From Eledone cirrhosa (Eukaryota): 64,000 nucleotides of DNA. Positions 27,114 through 40,925 of the stretch are shown in pieces. The notes beneath the pieces are model-generated. The model ran no database searches, was not told where the DNA came from, and worked only from the letters and a program-made list of their open reading frames with translations. The position numbers and the translations under genes were made by a program. Within the stretch, counting starts at the first letter, position 1. Every line of letters begins with the position of its first letter. Location of the stretch: positions 289,602,001-289,666,000 of the forward strand of contig OZ024743.1 in assembly GCA_964016885.1 (NCBI GenBank). Direction: 5' to 3'.

Positions 27114-30100
27114 GTACGCGTGTGCTTGTGTGTGTATACATACAAATATATACATGTGTGTATGCGTATGTATGTATCTATATATGCTTGGTAATGCAAC
27201 ATACATATGCTGAACATGCGGTAAAGAATGCAGGTCTACCAGCGACCTGAACAAGCACATTAAAGTGCATAATGAACCTCTAATGAACAATAATATTATA
27301 TCGATAGCCTTGCACACCTGCTAACTCTGTGCAAAACACTTTAAGTGATTTGCCGGCCTAAAACGCCATATCCTTTCAATGTACCTAACACAGGCCTGAA
27401 GCTGATGTCGGTTGATAATCATACCCGATCTCGGGGAGCTGCCATCATGTATATACATATATATATATACTTCACCAGAGTGAGCACTCGATGTGTAATT
27501 TCCAGTAAGTATTGAATTGTAGTACTAAGCAGGGTGTAGTAATATGTAAATATATATATATAAACAATTTATACATGTCGTATACCACGTGCATGTGCTA
27601 CTATTGACCTAATGTGCGGCTGCCCACTCCGTTCCGTTTATCAATTGGTCAGAAATGTAAATAAAACTTTCTTTTTTAAACCGTTGAATATTAAGTAAAA
27701 TTATAGTTAATAGCTTGAACGCACACTTTTTGGCAATGAAAAATAGTGTAATAAGTTAAGCATGTAAGGCCCAGAAAAAGTGGACAACGTCACCTGTGGC
27801 ATCTGAAGTCACACCTGCCGTATACCGTAAGGCTATGCAACAATTATACAAAAGCGAGACAGGTCATTTCTCTCTATTTTATAACCTTCATAAGTCGGCC
27901 AGATTCGTTGATACACAATCTATTTTTATAACCGAGTAATTTTGAATATTAAATTAATGTAAAATTAACAGCTTCAGCGCACAGTTTTTACTACGAATAA
28001 TTGTCCAATGACTTGTGCACGTAAGACCAAGGAGACCGGAGAATCCTTTGCATGTTAACTGCTGTAAATCACAGGGAAATAGTTTCAGAATGCCGATGTT
28101 CTGTGTAAAAAGGTCAGGCCGTAATGGCTAGAACAGTGTTTGAGGTAGATTTGGATACAGCATGCGTGTGGAAAAGAGGGGAGATGAGTTGTCTCATGAG
28201 TGGTAGTAACGTCTAGAAGGAGATACCATTTCTTAGTTACATTTATATTTCTCAAATATGAAGGAGACTGTAAGTATTTACATGTTTTATTAAATTTGAC
28301 CTTTTTCTTGACAAGTAAAATAAAGATTTTCCAATGGAGAATTATTTTGTCAAGATTGAAATTGTAATATACCTGTCAAACAGGACCCCTAGCTAAGGTA
28401 CGAAGGCGTCACTATTTAACGTTGCCCGGTTTAACAGCACCACATTGGGCGACTTCAATTGAGTTTAATTTGTTGCAATCATTCAAGCAACGTCTCTGAT
28501 TTGAGACTAACTTTCTCTCTAGTTCCCACAAATGTTGAACCTGAATAAATATCATTCGCTGAGTGCAGTGTACAATCTCTTTGTTTTGCTTCTGATATGT
28601 GGTAAACTGAACCGGACCTACTACGCATTGATGGTTGTTTTACTTTCGGTGAATTTAATTGCATTTCGTTTATAATGGTGGTTTGTATTCTACTGGCTGG
28701 AAAATATCTTATCTAAATCAGAACTTTTACGCTTACATCGATAACGTTATTTTTAACAGAATGTCTTTGTAAATTTGTTCATAGGTCTTGTTCATGTCTA
28801 GTTATATGACATCAACATTTAATCTGTTTCCCAAAATTCTAGACTTCATAAAATGGTACAGAGATCACGCTAAGCAGATTTTACCACGCCAGAAGGCATG
28901 TTAGTTTTAGAAGAGAAAATTGAAGATTATTTCGTTTTGCCCACAGCATCTTTCAAAGACATTAATTTGATGTGCGAGTTCAGAGAGAATTGACATAACA
29001 AGGTAAATATATTTCTGTCCATCAATTCATATAAACAATGTCTATTGGCTGATTTTTCTGAATAAGTTGCACTAAGAATTACTATTACTAAGAGATGGCA
29101 TTTCATTACTAATATTTCAGATAGGCACTTTACGTCAACAAGTCACACAAGTACTACACGAATATAGTAATACTTCGGATAATGGCTATAAGTAATATAT
29201 TGTTTAACAAACACTGAAACGTTTTCGTTCAGCATTGAAGTGTAACTAGAAACGATGTATCAAGTCGATAGGATACTAGCTCATAGTTATTTGTTTCAAA
29301 CACACTAAAGAATCAAGCCTGTTTATTTGAGCAGCGAATCTAAATTTACAGTTCTTACGTGAGTGTTTGCTTATGGGTGGCTCAATATTAGTTGAGTTTA
29401 GCATTTATATTACACTTTTCTCGCCTTCCAGTCTGTTTGATTTCTGTTTTTCTATGTTGGTGAATACAGGGTTGGTTCATCTGATCTTTGTTTTGGTTGC
29501 CTGTAGGAAAGGAGATGGTAGATGTGGAATATGTTACTTTAAAAATAATTTGTGTGAATGATGATACTTCTAGTCAAGACTGATTGAAGCTACATGGGTG
29601 GTCCTTGCACACATGTAGGGATTTTACTCACTACATTCATCTTCTCCCAGAGGAAAGGCATGACAAGTACATCTGAGTGAGACAGCCTGGAGCAGGCGTT
29701 GCTAAGATGCGGTTGCTGGTTTAGTCACTGACAGAATGACTATGAAATAGATTACTAAGAAATAGCTTTACAAAATTATCAGAAGTTGGTCATTTCAACT
29801 GACATAATAGAAAAAGAAGTATGTAGAACTATAATATTGAATAGTTTTCTTTTCCAAAGATGGTGTGATTTGAGGAAGATTTAACTGTTTCATCTGCTCC
29901 CAAACGACTAATGGTACAATGGCTAACGATGAGCAAATATGTATACCGAGTATGCGAAATCTGTAGAAATCCACAGACGGCGAGCATTGGGAGTTACCTT
30001 TTATCAGGCCTGTTCTCCTGCAGCTCGTGTATCCTATTAAATTAAATCCGTATAGTGCAGGTGGTTAAGCTGCAGAGTCGTGATTGAGTAGGATTAAATA

Positions 30101-31499
30101 CCACAATATTTGTCCCGACCACATTCGCACTGTGTTTATATCAGCCCAATGCCAATTTAACCTGTTGTCCTGTCGAGATCGATAAATAAAGTCTGATTCT
30201 AACGTGTTTGATAGGCAGAAAGGTTAATGAGTCGGTGGGATTCTTCGTAGCATTTGTTTCGGAAGTGTGTGTATGGATTCCGCCTCGTGTCACCAAAAAA
30301 TATGATGAGGCTTCTACCTGGAGATGAGACCGGCAGATAGTATCAGCTAAGGAAAGTACAATGGAAACCTAGAGTCTTTAGTTTGATCTGACTATCAGTT
30401 CCTTTCCTTACCGATGAGATTACTATTGCTTCGACATCACGTTTCTTCTCTCGGGTGTAGAAACAACCAGGAGTGGTTTCTTGACCCAAACGTGGGGTCG
30501 AAATAAACATAGGTAGTGAAATTAGGTAGACCGAAACAGTGTGGAAGTCCATCGGATTGTTTGTACCTCTCATTTAAATGCACAGTCTTGTGAGAGAGTG
30601 TATCATGCTTATTTGGTTTGGGAGTTACATTACGACTACACGTATCTATGGAATACTTAGTTGTTTACATGTTAATTCATGAGTCGAACGTCAATTTGAT
30701 CGCACCCCCTTCATGCCCATTGTCAAAAGCGATAGATTACCCATCCATTAATGTTCTGAGGTCATTTTTGTTTTGAAATCGCGTTATTTCTGAAGGATCA
30801 CCACAGATCCTCGGGTAATATTTTTTAATGTTATTAAATTTGTCAGCCTTCTTCAATTTGTGGTGACCCTCGCACATTCACCTCCATCAAAGCTCACATT
30901 TAAGTCAGTGTTACCTTGTAAAACAAACGATAAATGTCATTAATAACAGCGCAGAACTGACATATCATTTGTTTGACATTTATAGAGAGAAAACTGAAAA
31001 GCTTAATCTCAACAAGCTTCTTGCTAAGTCTAAAATTTGAAGCTGTATTGAGTTAATCGCGTTAAAGAGAAGATAAAATTTGAAACCGAATCTTCTTAGA
31101 ATATTCCACTTTATTTTTGTGTATTTTATATTATGTTTATCTTCTACTTAGTAAGCTTAAATTTTGAGAATCACTGAGGGCTGGTAAACAAATAAAACAT
31201 CGTCAGATTTTAGTTTATTCGGGCAGTGTTACATTTTCTCTTCTTGCAACATTAAAATATTGTTTTAATTTTGCTTTTACTATTTAGTCAACAGTGTACA
31301 ATATGCTTCTTCGGCCCCCGGAGATTTGTGTAAAGTAATGAGAGAAGAAGAAATTCCTAAACAAAGGCCTGGCGCTTGTGATAAATCTTGTAACGCAATT
31401 TATTCCACACCAAAATAGGCCTTAGTGGAATATAAAGAAAAATACACAACCCGAGAAGGAACACCATACGTTAGTTTATTCGATGCTCTAACAATTTCA

Positions 31500-31640
31500 T
31501 GGATCTGGGGTGTTATTTTATTTTATCCAACCCATGATGATGAATGACGAAGTTGACCTTGGTATGATATAAACACAGAGCCCCGAGAGATAGAAAAATA
31601 CCTCAAGGAATATTGTCTCAACAATTCTACCATCTCACCT
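31500..31640 (-). mobile_element. Degenerate SINE relic
   Basis: TTATTTTATC..ATGAATGACGAAGTTGACCTTGG resembles the reverse-strand SINE core at 8410-8470. Confidence 0.5.
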
Positions 31641-33083
31641 TTATTAACAATTTAACCAAGCTTACATTCAGTATGATATCTTTATATTTCCGAAGTCTTA
31701 ATATATCTTCTTATGTACTGTGAATGCGAGAGATTAATAGAAGTTAGGAATGTATATTGACCAATCCTTTTCAACGGCCATTCATTTATTTTGCTTTTAG
31801 CTAGGACATTACTTTTCCTTTTGTCAACACGTTAATTGCTTAATATAGTCATATTATCATTTAATTAAAATGTTGGACTATATATATTTGTGTGTAAAAC
31901 ATGGTGATGCGTTATCTAGATTTGATTTTACTTATTCTAAGTAACTTGCAGTTATTTCAAGATTCCAAAGCATCTATTATATTTTGTGGAGCAGTATCCG
32001 TCTATTCGGCTGTGCATGGAGAAATTATTTTCAATGTTGTTGTTTTCTTTGGCTCTGTGGATTGTTTAATATATTTTATGTTTGTTTTGTACTTCCTGTA
32101 TTATTATCCAAAATATTTGTTTCTTCTTTGTCTGAGCATTTTTTACCTAAATAGCTTTGCTGTTTAATTTCCTCTAAAAGTTCTGTTTATCATCTCAGAT
32201 AATTTTCTTTTCTCAGAGATATCGACACAAACACTGTCAGTTAATACAATATCTATTATGTTTCTTTCCGTTATTCTACTTCTAAATAACTTGTATGATA
32301 AGGGTTCTAGCATTTATGTTATAAGTTATCAAGCTCTTTTGTGTCATGTGTTCAATTTACACAAAAATTATCTCTTCAAATATTTGTTAAATTTCACTTA
32401 TCGGAGTTTCTAAGTGACTGTTTATTATGGCACTAGATTCTCCTCATTATTCTAACTTGGTAAAATTACAGCAGTTATGTTAGATTATAGTGTGGATTAT
32501 ATTACGTTTATATTGCTACAGTTGCGAGAATATCGAAAACAATGCTTTTTTGGTAGTTGTTCATATTGCGTAATCTGGAGTCAAGTCCAACCAAAGTCAA
32601 ATTTGCCTTTCATTCTTTTCGGAGTCAACAAATATGGTATTAGTCCAGGAGCGACTGATGAGGGGAACTGTTAAACCGAAAGACGAAATGACTAGCGGCA
32701 TCGGTTTTAACTCTGTGTCCTGAGCTAGAAACACAGAAAAGCAGTGGTGCTTCTGCCAGTGGAAAAATACTTATTTAGTCTGATTTAGCAAATAGGGTTC
32801 AATATGTTGTGGTTTGTAATTTTGAATTTGCTTTTGTATTCTGTTGTTAGATATTTGCTTGGTTCATACCATATGCAAACAAACATCTTCAGGCGTGGTA
32901 TCTTCCACACAAATTATATACGATATAGTTTATACTTGCCTTAGTATCGAATGTGTATATATCACCGCTGTCCGATAAAAATCCACAAGGACTGTTCAGA
33001 TATTCTCAAACAGTTACTGAGATAGTTATGACATGATCACGGCTTAAAATATTCATAGCGAGAGACTTGCACGATTATTATAA

Positions 33084-33500
33084 GGGCGGTGGATTGGCAG
33101 TATCGGTAGAGGATCGGACGCCATACTTTCCAGCATAGAGTTACCTCCCTTGTGCTAAAAGTATAAACAATTATTATACATAAACATATCATCAGCCTTT
33201 ATATACACCAGTCACACAAGCACACGCACGCACACACACACTAACTCTCTGACACACACACACACACACATACATACAAATATATATGTTTTTATATGCA
33301 TGTGTGTGTGTGTGTGTTTATGTATAAATATGTATGTATATGTGTGTGAGTAGTAGAAGAATGGAAAAATACATTTCACCATTTGGTTACAGCCCTTTAC
33401 CCCAGACTCCAAATCTCACTGATTGACCTTTCCTTTCATCTTATTTGAAAAGGATCGATAAAATAAGTACCAGTAAAACACGTGGTCTATTAGATCGATT
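33084..33500 (+). mobile_element. SINE pieces separated by a (CA)/(TG)-rich segment
   Basis: 33084-33152 matches the head of the 8365-8550 SINE (GGGCGGTGGATTGGCAGTATCGGTAGAGG). 33400-33500 matches the core (CCTTTCATC..GATCGATAAAATAAGTACCAGT). Confidence 0.65.
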
Positions 33501-33551
33501 ATCCTGTGTGGAAAAGTAAGAAATCAGCATGATTACCTGCCAATACATTTT

Positions 33552-33570
33552 TTACTACTAGTACTACTAG

Positions 33571-33633
<63 letters not shown>
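33552..33633. repeat. (TAC)n microsatellite
   Basis: Direct read. Confidence 0.95.
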
Positions 33634-34912
33634 AAACAACGGATTAGTTCTATTAGTTATATTTGAAGTATAGGTTGCCATTTTCACTTTTTTGTGTTCT
33701 TGTGCTGTGGTGGTGATGTAATTATCCTTGTTATCGTTGTAGTTGTTATGCGTAGTGTTTTTGTTGATTATGTATTTATTTCTGGCGTCTTTTGTTCCCA
33801 GACACTTCAATAGTTTTCAGCTTGGCTTCATGATAAATTGGTTCTAATCTACGACAGTTGAATATTAGTTGCGTTTGCTATCATCAACACCACCAGAAAT
33901 TACAATACCACTATCACTAGCAGCAACAAAAACACCCCAACCACCAGGACTGTCACCACCACTAATAACAAAAGCAAAAGCAGCAGATTCATGATCTGTA
34001 CAACGTCAATGACGAATACCAACACCATAGCCACTTGAAAAAACACTAACAGCAGCAGCACCCCCAGCAGCACCGCAAGCAAAAAAGGTCAGCCGCAGTA
34101 CCATAATCAACACCACAACCACCATTAGAAAGACAAGCAATCACTATTAGACACATTAGCTATACCAGAAGCAAAAGCAACATCAACCACAACAGCATCA
34201 CACCCAAAAGAATCACCAACAACACCAACACAGTCAGTAACAATATCACTAGCAACATAAGCGACGACGCCAACACACTAGCACAATCATGAACATACAA
34301 AATGAAACAAATATAAAACAGGAAATGATAAAAAATCGAAAGACGAATGTATCTTTGGGCCAAATTTGTTAAACTCCACATAATGCTATAGAATAAAAAC
34401 ATCAAGAAAGAAAACAAATACATACAAACGAACAGAAACCAAAGAATAAAACAACAACAGAAACAACAACAAGAAAATGATTTGAAAAGAAGAAACTTAA
34501 CAAATTTCAGGAACAAAAATAGAAAGAATTAAAATAGAAAGAAAAAGCAAATCAACAAATAAAATAAAATGGATGACAGGCTTATGAGTCTGGTTGTCAA
34601 CATCGTATGATGATTGAAATAACAAAAGAAGACAAAGTAGAAAGAAGAAAAGAAATAATATGGCAAATAAAGTAAAAACAAAATGGCGTCAAAATGAGTT
34701 GCAGAAAGTTTTGTATGATATATTATGTTATGCTTACAGGTGGTGTGTATATGCAAATTTTCGTATATATCGGGTGTTTACCTTTATATGTTTGTAAAAT
34801 GTAGAGAGCTGGGTGTGAACTGTAATTATCTACCTATCTAGCCGTCCCGTCTTTCTCTTAACTTATCAATCTACCTGTCTGTCGCTCATTTCTTTCTCCC
34901 ACCTCTCTTGAT

Positions 34913-35032
<120 letters not shown>

Positions 35033-35167
35033 ATACTTTGGGAGGGTCATGTTGCCAATAAGAAACACACGCACCACTTGCTTTCCACTTCAATTTATTA
35101 TATATTTATAAATTTATAAATTTCTGGTTGGTTGGTTGGTTCCACAACCAGATAGTTGTTTATATAT

Positions 35168-35212
35168 AGTCATAGTTCTTTCGTCACACACTCTGTGACC
35201 TCTTCAGTGACT
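35168..35212 (-). ncRNA. Minimal type-I hammerhead ribozyme (left-arm pLTR)
   Basis: Reverse complement of 39771-39815. Confidence 0.8.
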
Positions 35213-35412
35213 GGGGATTTCTTTCTTTGTTTCTGTGCCTCTCCTTTGTTCTGTCCTACGCCATTTTGTTTCTGTGTGTGTGTTGTGTGCTCAGTCTGCG
35301 CATGCGACACATCCGGGTATCTGTGTGTGTTTATGTTCATTTATTTATTTGTTTATTTACATGTTACTGGTTGGTTGTTTGTTCTATGTGTGTGTGTGTT
35401 TTCATTTTGTCC

Positions 35413-37424
35413 TTAATTGTAAGTTGTGATGTTGCTGTTCCACTCATATTTTCTATTTAATTTTGGTTGTAATTCTTTTATGTTTATTGCCTCTGTAATT
35501 TGTCTAAACATTGCGTCTTTTCTGTGTGTAGATTCTATTTTTATTTCTATGTTCTCTAATTTACCCTTGTGTTCTATCTTAGCATGTTGGTAGAGAACAG
35601 ATGATTCTTTATTATCTTGAAGGTCTCGCCAGTGTTCATTTATCCGTTCCTCTACACTACGAGCTGTCTCACCTATGTACACTATATTTTTGTCTCTACA
35701 TTGTCCTTCAGTACATCTTATGCTATACACTACATTTCTAGTTTTACAGTTAATATGGGGGCTTATTTTACAGGTTATACATTTCTTATCTATACATGAG
35801 GGTCTTTGAAAAGGGTATGTCTTGCTAATAAGTGTTTTTACGGAGGTACCTGGTCTTTCTACTATCTTAATATTGAGTTTATGTTTATTTAGGGCCCTTC
35901 TAAATTTGTAAGCTAATTCACCTCTAAGGGTTGTATTGATGAACATTACACTCTGGTATTTATTGCTATCATACCATGAGTTTATTCTATTAGCCTTGTT
36001 CCTAGTTCTTTCTATTCTATTCCAAAATTTTCTCCTATACAAGGGGCAGGTCCCATTTATGTCATTATTTACCATTTTTTCCCATTTGGTTCTGGCTCCT
36101 CTATACACTCTGATTTTATCTCTCTGATTGTAGCCAGAGAACTGCATACGGTGGATGAAGTGTTGTATGTGTCTCTCTAGTTCTTCGGGGTTGCACATGC
36201 GGGACACATTTCTCATCACCCGTACCAAATCCGCAATCAGTATGTTGATTTTGGTATGGTCCGAAATGGCCGAGTTTCGGTGGATCAGATGTTTGGAAGT
36301 CATGGGTTTGGCATAATGGGAATGGAGGATTTGTTTTTTGTTGTTAATGGTATCTAACCAGAGCTCTGTGTCTAGTACAGGTAATCGATGGTTGGGGTGT
36401 CTACTTGGGTAGTCTATAGTAACTCTAATGCTCTGGTGGATGGTGTTTGCTATTTGCTGGATGCTTTCCATTGTGTTTTTCTCTAGTTCCTGACTGTCCT
36501 CTAGTGGGGGTGTCTTAACTACGATGTTTATATCATCTACGTATCGGGAGTACATTATCAGGGTTAATGGGTCTTCTAATTGTTCTTTAAGTTTAAGTTT
36601 AAGTCTACTGTCCCACCATACCATGAATAAGTTAGCTATGTCGCCTGCAATGCTAACACCAATGGCTGCTCCTTCCTCTTGGGCATATGTTTTTCCATTA
36701 AATTTGAACATATGTTCCTTAAGGGTTAGTTTTATGCTGGCCCCTACCGCATGTGCAATCATTTTCTTCAGTTCATCGTGGTTTTCGGGTGTCCGTATGG
36801 CTCTGGTCCACCCGTTCCATCTATCTGTGTGGGTTTTCTTGGCCATTGAGGTAATGGTAGGTGGTCTGCCTCTTGCTGGTCTTGTAGGGCACAGGTTGCT
36901 AAGGTCATATGTGTCTAGGTAACTATTACTATAGGTAAGCTTAAGTAGGAGTCCCAGCTCACTGGTATCAATCCCACGGAACTCAACCTTGCTCTCACTG
37001 ATCATTTCTACGCATTTCTCCACAGCAGAATCCACGTCAATAGATGGATACAGGGACACAACATCTATACTGCCTATTATGCAGTTTGTTAGGTCCCCAG
37101 ATCGGTTACTCACGCGGATTCTGCTGAGGAGGTCCTCCGTGCTGTCACATACATCTGGGGACATTTCAATGATGGGGCGTATGATCAGGGAGAGGAAGTA
37201 GGACAGTCTGTAGTTACTAGCAATGTTAGCCCCACAGACTGGCCGTGTTGGTGGTCCCGCGACAGGGTCACAGCCCGTTTTGTGGTCTTTTCGAAGCCCA
37301 TACAACGCCGGCACGTCATTGTTCCAGGCCTGGAAGTTGTTGGCAGTCCTTTTGTTGGGCTGCATTATATTCGTCCACATCACCATATGGGCATTGAGGG
37401 CTTTTTCTCTATCCTCATGCTCCT
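35413..37424 (-). CDS. PLE RT plus GIY-YIG endonuclease, 5'-truncated, frame open (left arm)
   Basis: YGLRKDHK, GSIDVVSLYPSI, GAAIG, SRYVDD, LPVLD, CIDKKCITC linker, NVVY..YIGETAR..RINEH, ITEAINI, LNRKYE. Possibly Naiad/Neptune-type (inference). Confidence 0.88.
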
Positions 37425-39570
37425 CATGCAGCGCTCACGTAATGGAGAGATAGCATGCTTTCCAACAGACAAGTCTGGCAGAATGTCAGTTGACAGCCTG
37501 CCAAACTACATCCAGGCAATGCAACCTCACATCACTAACACAAGAGAGGTAACACCACAGGAGCATGAGGATAGAGAAAAAGCCCTCAATGGCCATATGG
37601 TGATGTGGACGAATATAATGCAGCCCAACAAAAGGACTGCCAACAACTTCCAGGCCTGGAACAATGACGTGCCGGCGTTGTATGGGCTTCGAAAAGACCA
37701 CAAAACGGGCTGTGACCCTGTCGCGGGACCACCAACACGGCCAGTCTGTGGGGCTAACATTGCTAGTAACTACAGACTGTCCTACTTCCTCTCCCTGATC
37801 ATACGCCCCATCATTGAAATGTCCCCAGATGTATGTGACAGCACGGAGGACCTCCTCAGCAGAATCCGCGTGAGTAACCGATCTGGGGACCTAACAAACT
37901 GCATAATAGGCAGTATAGATGTTGTGTCCCTGTATCCATCTATTGACGTGGATTCTGCTGTGGAGAAATGCGTAGAAATGATCAGTGAGAGCAAGGTTGA
38001 GTTCCGTGGGATTGATACCAGTGAGCTGGGACTCCTACTTAAGCTTACCTATAGTAATAGTTACCTAGACACATATGACCTTAGCAACCTGTGCCCTACA
38101 AGACCAGCAAGAGGCAGACCACCTACCATTACCTCAATGGCCAAGAAAACCCACACAGTTAGATGGAACGGGTGGACCAGAGCCATACGGACACCCGAAA
38201 ACCACGATGAACTGAAGAAAATGATTGCACATGCGGTAGGGGCCAGCATAAAACTAACCCTTAAGGAACATATGTTCAAATTTAATGGAAAAACATATGC
38301 CCAAGAGGAAGGAGCAGCCATTGGTGTTAGCATTGCAGGCGACATAGCTAACTTATTCATGGTATGGTGGGACAGTAGACTTAAACTTAAACTTAAAGAA
38401 CAATTAGAAGACCCCTTAACCCTGATAATGTACTCCCGATACGTAGATGATATAAACATCGTAGTTAAGACACCCCCACTAGAGGACAGTCAGGAACTAG
38501 AGAAAAACACAATGGAAAGCATCCAGCAAATAGCAAACACCATCCACCAGAGCATTAGAGTTACTATAGACTACCCAAGTAGACACCCCAACCATCGATT
38601 ACCTGTACTAGACACAGAGCTCTGGTTAGATACCATTAACAACAAAAAACAAATCCTCCATTCCCATTATGCCAAACCCATGACTTCCAAACATCTGATC
38701 CACCGAAACTCGGCCATTTCGGACCATACCAAAATCAACATACTGATTGCGGATTTGGTACGGGTGATGAGAAATGTGTCCCGCATGTGCAACCCCGAAG
38801 AACTAGAGAGACACATACAACACTTCATCCACCGTATGCAGTTCTCTGGCTACAATCAGAGAGATAAAATCAGAGTGTATAGAGGAGCCAGAACCAAATG
38901 GGAAAAAATGGTAAATAATGACCTAAATGGGACCTGCCCCTTGTATAGGAGAAAATTCTGGAATAGAATAGAAAGAACTAGGAACAAGGCTAATAGAATA
39001 AACTCATGGTATGATAGCAATAAATACCAGAGTGTAATGTTCATCAATACAACCCCTAGAGGTGAATTAGCTTACAAATTTAGAAGGGCCCTAAATAAAC
39101 ATAAACTCAATATTAAGATAGTAGAAAGACCAGGTACCTCCGTAAAAACACTTATTAGCAAGACCTACCCTTTTCAAAGACCCTCATGTATAGATAAGAA
39201 ATGTATAACCTGTAAAATAAGCCCCCATATTAACTGTAAAACTAGAAATGTAGTGTATAGCATAAGATGCACCGAAGGACAATGTAGAGACAAAAATATA
39301 GTGTACATAGTTGAGACAGCTCGTAGTGTAGGGGAACGGATAAATGAACACTGGCGAGACCTTCAAGATAATAAAGAATCATCTGTACTCTACCAACATG
39401 CTAAGATAGAACACAAGGGTAAATTAGAGAACATAGAAATAAAAATAAAATCTACACACAGAAAAGACGCAATGTTTAGACAAATTACAGAGGCAATAAA
39501 CATAAAAGAATTACAACCAAAATTAAATAGAAAATATGAGTGGAACAGCAACATCACAACTTACAATTAA
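37423..39570 (+). CDS. PLE RT plus GIY-YIG endonuclease, 5'-truncated, frame open (right arm)
   Basis: Same protein plus the PTDKSG segment. 6 aa differences from the left arm, including YIG>YIV. The first ~47 aa of the 762-aa ORF are antisense read-through. Confidence 0.88.
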   Translation, partial: LMQRSRNGEIACFPTDKSGRMSVDSLPNYIQAMQPHITNTREVTPQEHEDREKALNGHMVMWTNIMQPNKRTANNFQAWNNDVPALYGLRKDHKTGCDPVAGPPTRPVCGANIASNYRLSYFLSLIIRPIIEMSPDVCDSTEDLLSRIRVSNRSGDLTNCIIGSIDVVSLYPSIDVDSAVEKCVEMISESKVEFRGIDTSELGLLLKLTYSNSYLDTYDLSNLCPTRPARGRPPTITSMAKKTHTVRWNGWTRAIRTPENHDELKKMIAHAVGASIKLTLKEHMFKFNGKTYAQEEGAAIGVSIAGDIANLFMVWWDSRLKLKLKEQLEDPLTLIMYSRYVDDINIVVKTPPLEDSQELEKNTMESIQQIANTIHQSIRVTIDYPSRHPNHRLPVLDTELWLDTINNKKQILHSHYAKPMTSKHLIHRNSAISDHTKINILIADLVRVMRNVSRMCNPEELERHIQHFIHRMQFSGYNQRDKIRVYRGARTKWEKMVNNDLNGTCPLYRRKFWNRIERTRNKANRINSWYDSNKYQSVMFINTTPRGELAYKFRRALNKHKLNIKIVERPGTSVKTLISKTYPFQRPSCIDKKCITCKISPHINCKTRNVVYSIRCTEGQCRDKNIVYIVETARSVGERINEHWRDLQDNKESSVLYQHAKIEHKGKLENIEIKIKSTHRKDAMFRQITEAINIKELQPKLNRKYEWNSNITTYN

Positions 39571-39675
39571 GGACAAAATGAAAACACACACACACATAGA
39601 ACAAACAACCAACCAGTAACATGTAAATAAACAAATAAATAAATGAACATAAACACACACAGACACCCGGATGTG

Positions 39676-39724
39676 GCGCATGCGCAGACTGAGCACACAA
39701 CACACACACAGAAACAAAATGGCG
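39676..39724 (+). promoter_or_regulatory. NRF1-like and YY1-like motifs in the PLE 3' UTR/pLTR
   Basis: GCGCATGCGC at 39676-39685 and CAAAATGGCG at 39715-39724, upstream of the hammerhead. Motif match only. Confidence 0.4.
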
Positions 39725-39770
39725 TAGGACAGAACAAAGGAGAGGCACAGAAACAAAGAAAGAAATCCCC

Positions 39771-39815
39771 AGTCACTGAAGAGGTCACAGAGTGTGTGAC
39801 GAAAGAACTATGACT
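39771..39815 (+). ncRNA. Minimal type-I hammerhead ribozyme (right-arm pLTR)
   Basis: AGTCA-CTGAAGA-GGTCACAGAGTGTGTGAC-GAAA-GAAC-TA-TGACT. Stem I AGTCA/TGACT, stem II GTCACA/TGTGAC. Confidence 0.82.
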
Positions 39816-40038
39816 ATATATAAACAACTATCTGGTTGTGGAACCAACCAACCAGAAATTTATAAATTTATAAATATATAATAAATTGAAGTGGAAAGCA
39901 AGTGGTGCGTGTGTTTCTTATTGGCAACATGACCCTCCCAAAGTATAACAATATCGGTTTCAACACACGATTTCAGATAAAGAATCTTGCTAAACAAAGT
40001 AAGTAAGGTACTCAATACATAGCAGAGCATACAAGTTT

Positions 40039-40124
40039 TAATATAGAAGAGATTCTACAGGACTAAAACGGATGATTTCTCACGAATGAAACAGTTCTAG
40101 TCCTGTAGAATCTTTTCTATATTA
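40039..40124. repeat. Short palindrome around a decayed hammerhead core
   Basis: TAATATAGAAGAGATTCTACAGGACTA / TAGTCCTGTAGAATCTTTTCTATATTA arms enclose CGGATGA..GAAAC. Confidence 0.75.
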
Positions 40125-40194
40125 TATATATATACACATATATACATACATATATATATAATCTTTTCTATATTATATATATATATACACATAT

Positions 40195-40291
<97 letters not shown>

Positions 40292-40369
40292 GTGTGTGTG
40301 TGCGTGTGTGTGTGTGTACACATCATTTTACTAGTTTCAGTCATCTGTTTATGGCTATGCTATGGATAG

Positions 40370-40458
<89 letters not shown>

Positions 40459-40589
40459 AATCTACTACTTAATGGTTGGGTCTACACCGTATAAAGAACT
40501 CAATGTAATTCATATGTCGTGAAGCAAAGTTTAAAATACTAAATCTTTGAATCAACGATATAATTCAATTGGATACAGAATCAAAATAG

Positions 40590-40925
40590 AAATATTTAAA
40601 TAATGAAATTAAACACAAAACTCTTAATTCATAGTAAAACACATTATTTTACGATCGTTTCTGGGGGTAGTTCTCTGTATGTTCATTCAATTATTGATCT
40701 ATGTAAAACATTACAAAATATCATATTAAGAAGAAAAACTCATTATTTTTGAAGACGGCGGGTAGTGAAGAAATATGTATTCTTTTCTTACTATGATATT
40801 TTGTAATATGTTTTACATAGATCAATAATTGAATGAACATACAGAGAACTACCTCCCAGAAACGATCGTAAAATAATGTGCTTTACTATGAATTAACAGT
40901 TTTGTGTTTAATTTCATCGTTTTAA

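Noticed and set aside
32640-32700. CTGATGAG..CGAAA hammerhead-like motif
   Set aside because: No convincing stem I or stem III pairing, and it lies at the end of a decayed SINE-like core.
33880-34700. CAA/CAC-rich tract as a fourth LINE ORF1
   Set aside because: Only compositional similarity. No zinc knuckle or downstream ORF2.
37282-37422. N-terminus of the 762-aa ORF as a novel domain
   Set aside because: It is the antisense strand of the left palindrome arm read through the junction. The real PLE frame begins at about 37423.
39570-39770. SECIS element / selenoprotein PLE (reported for some Naiad elements)
   Set aside because: No in-frame TGA in either ORF, and no convincing SECIS stem by eye.
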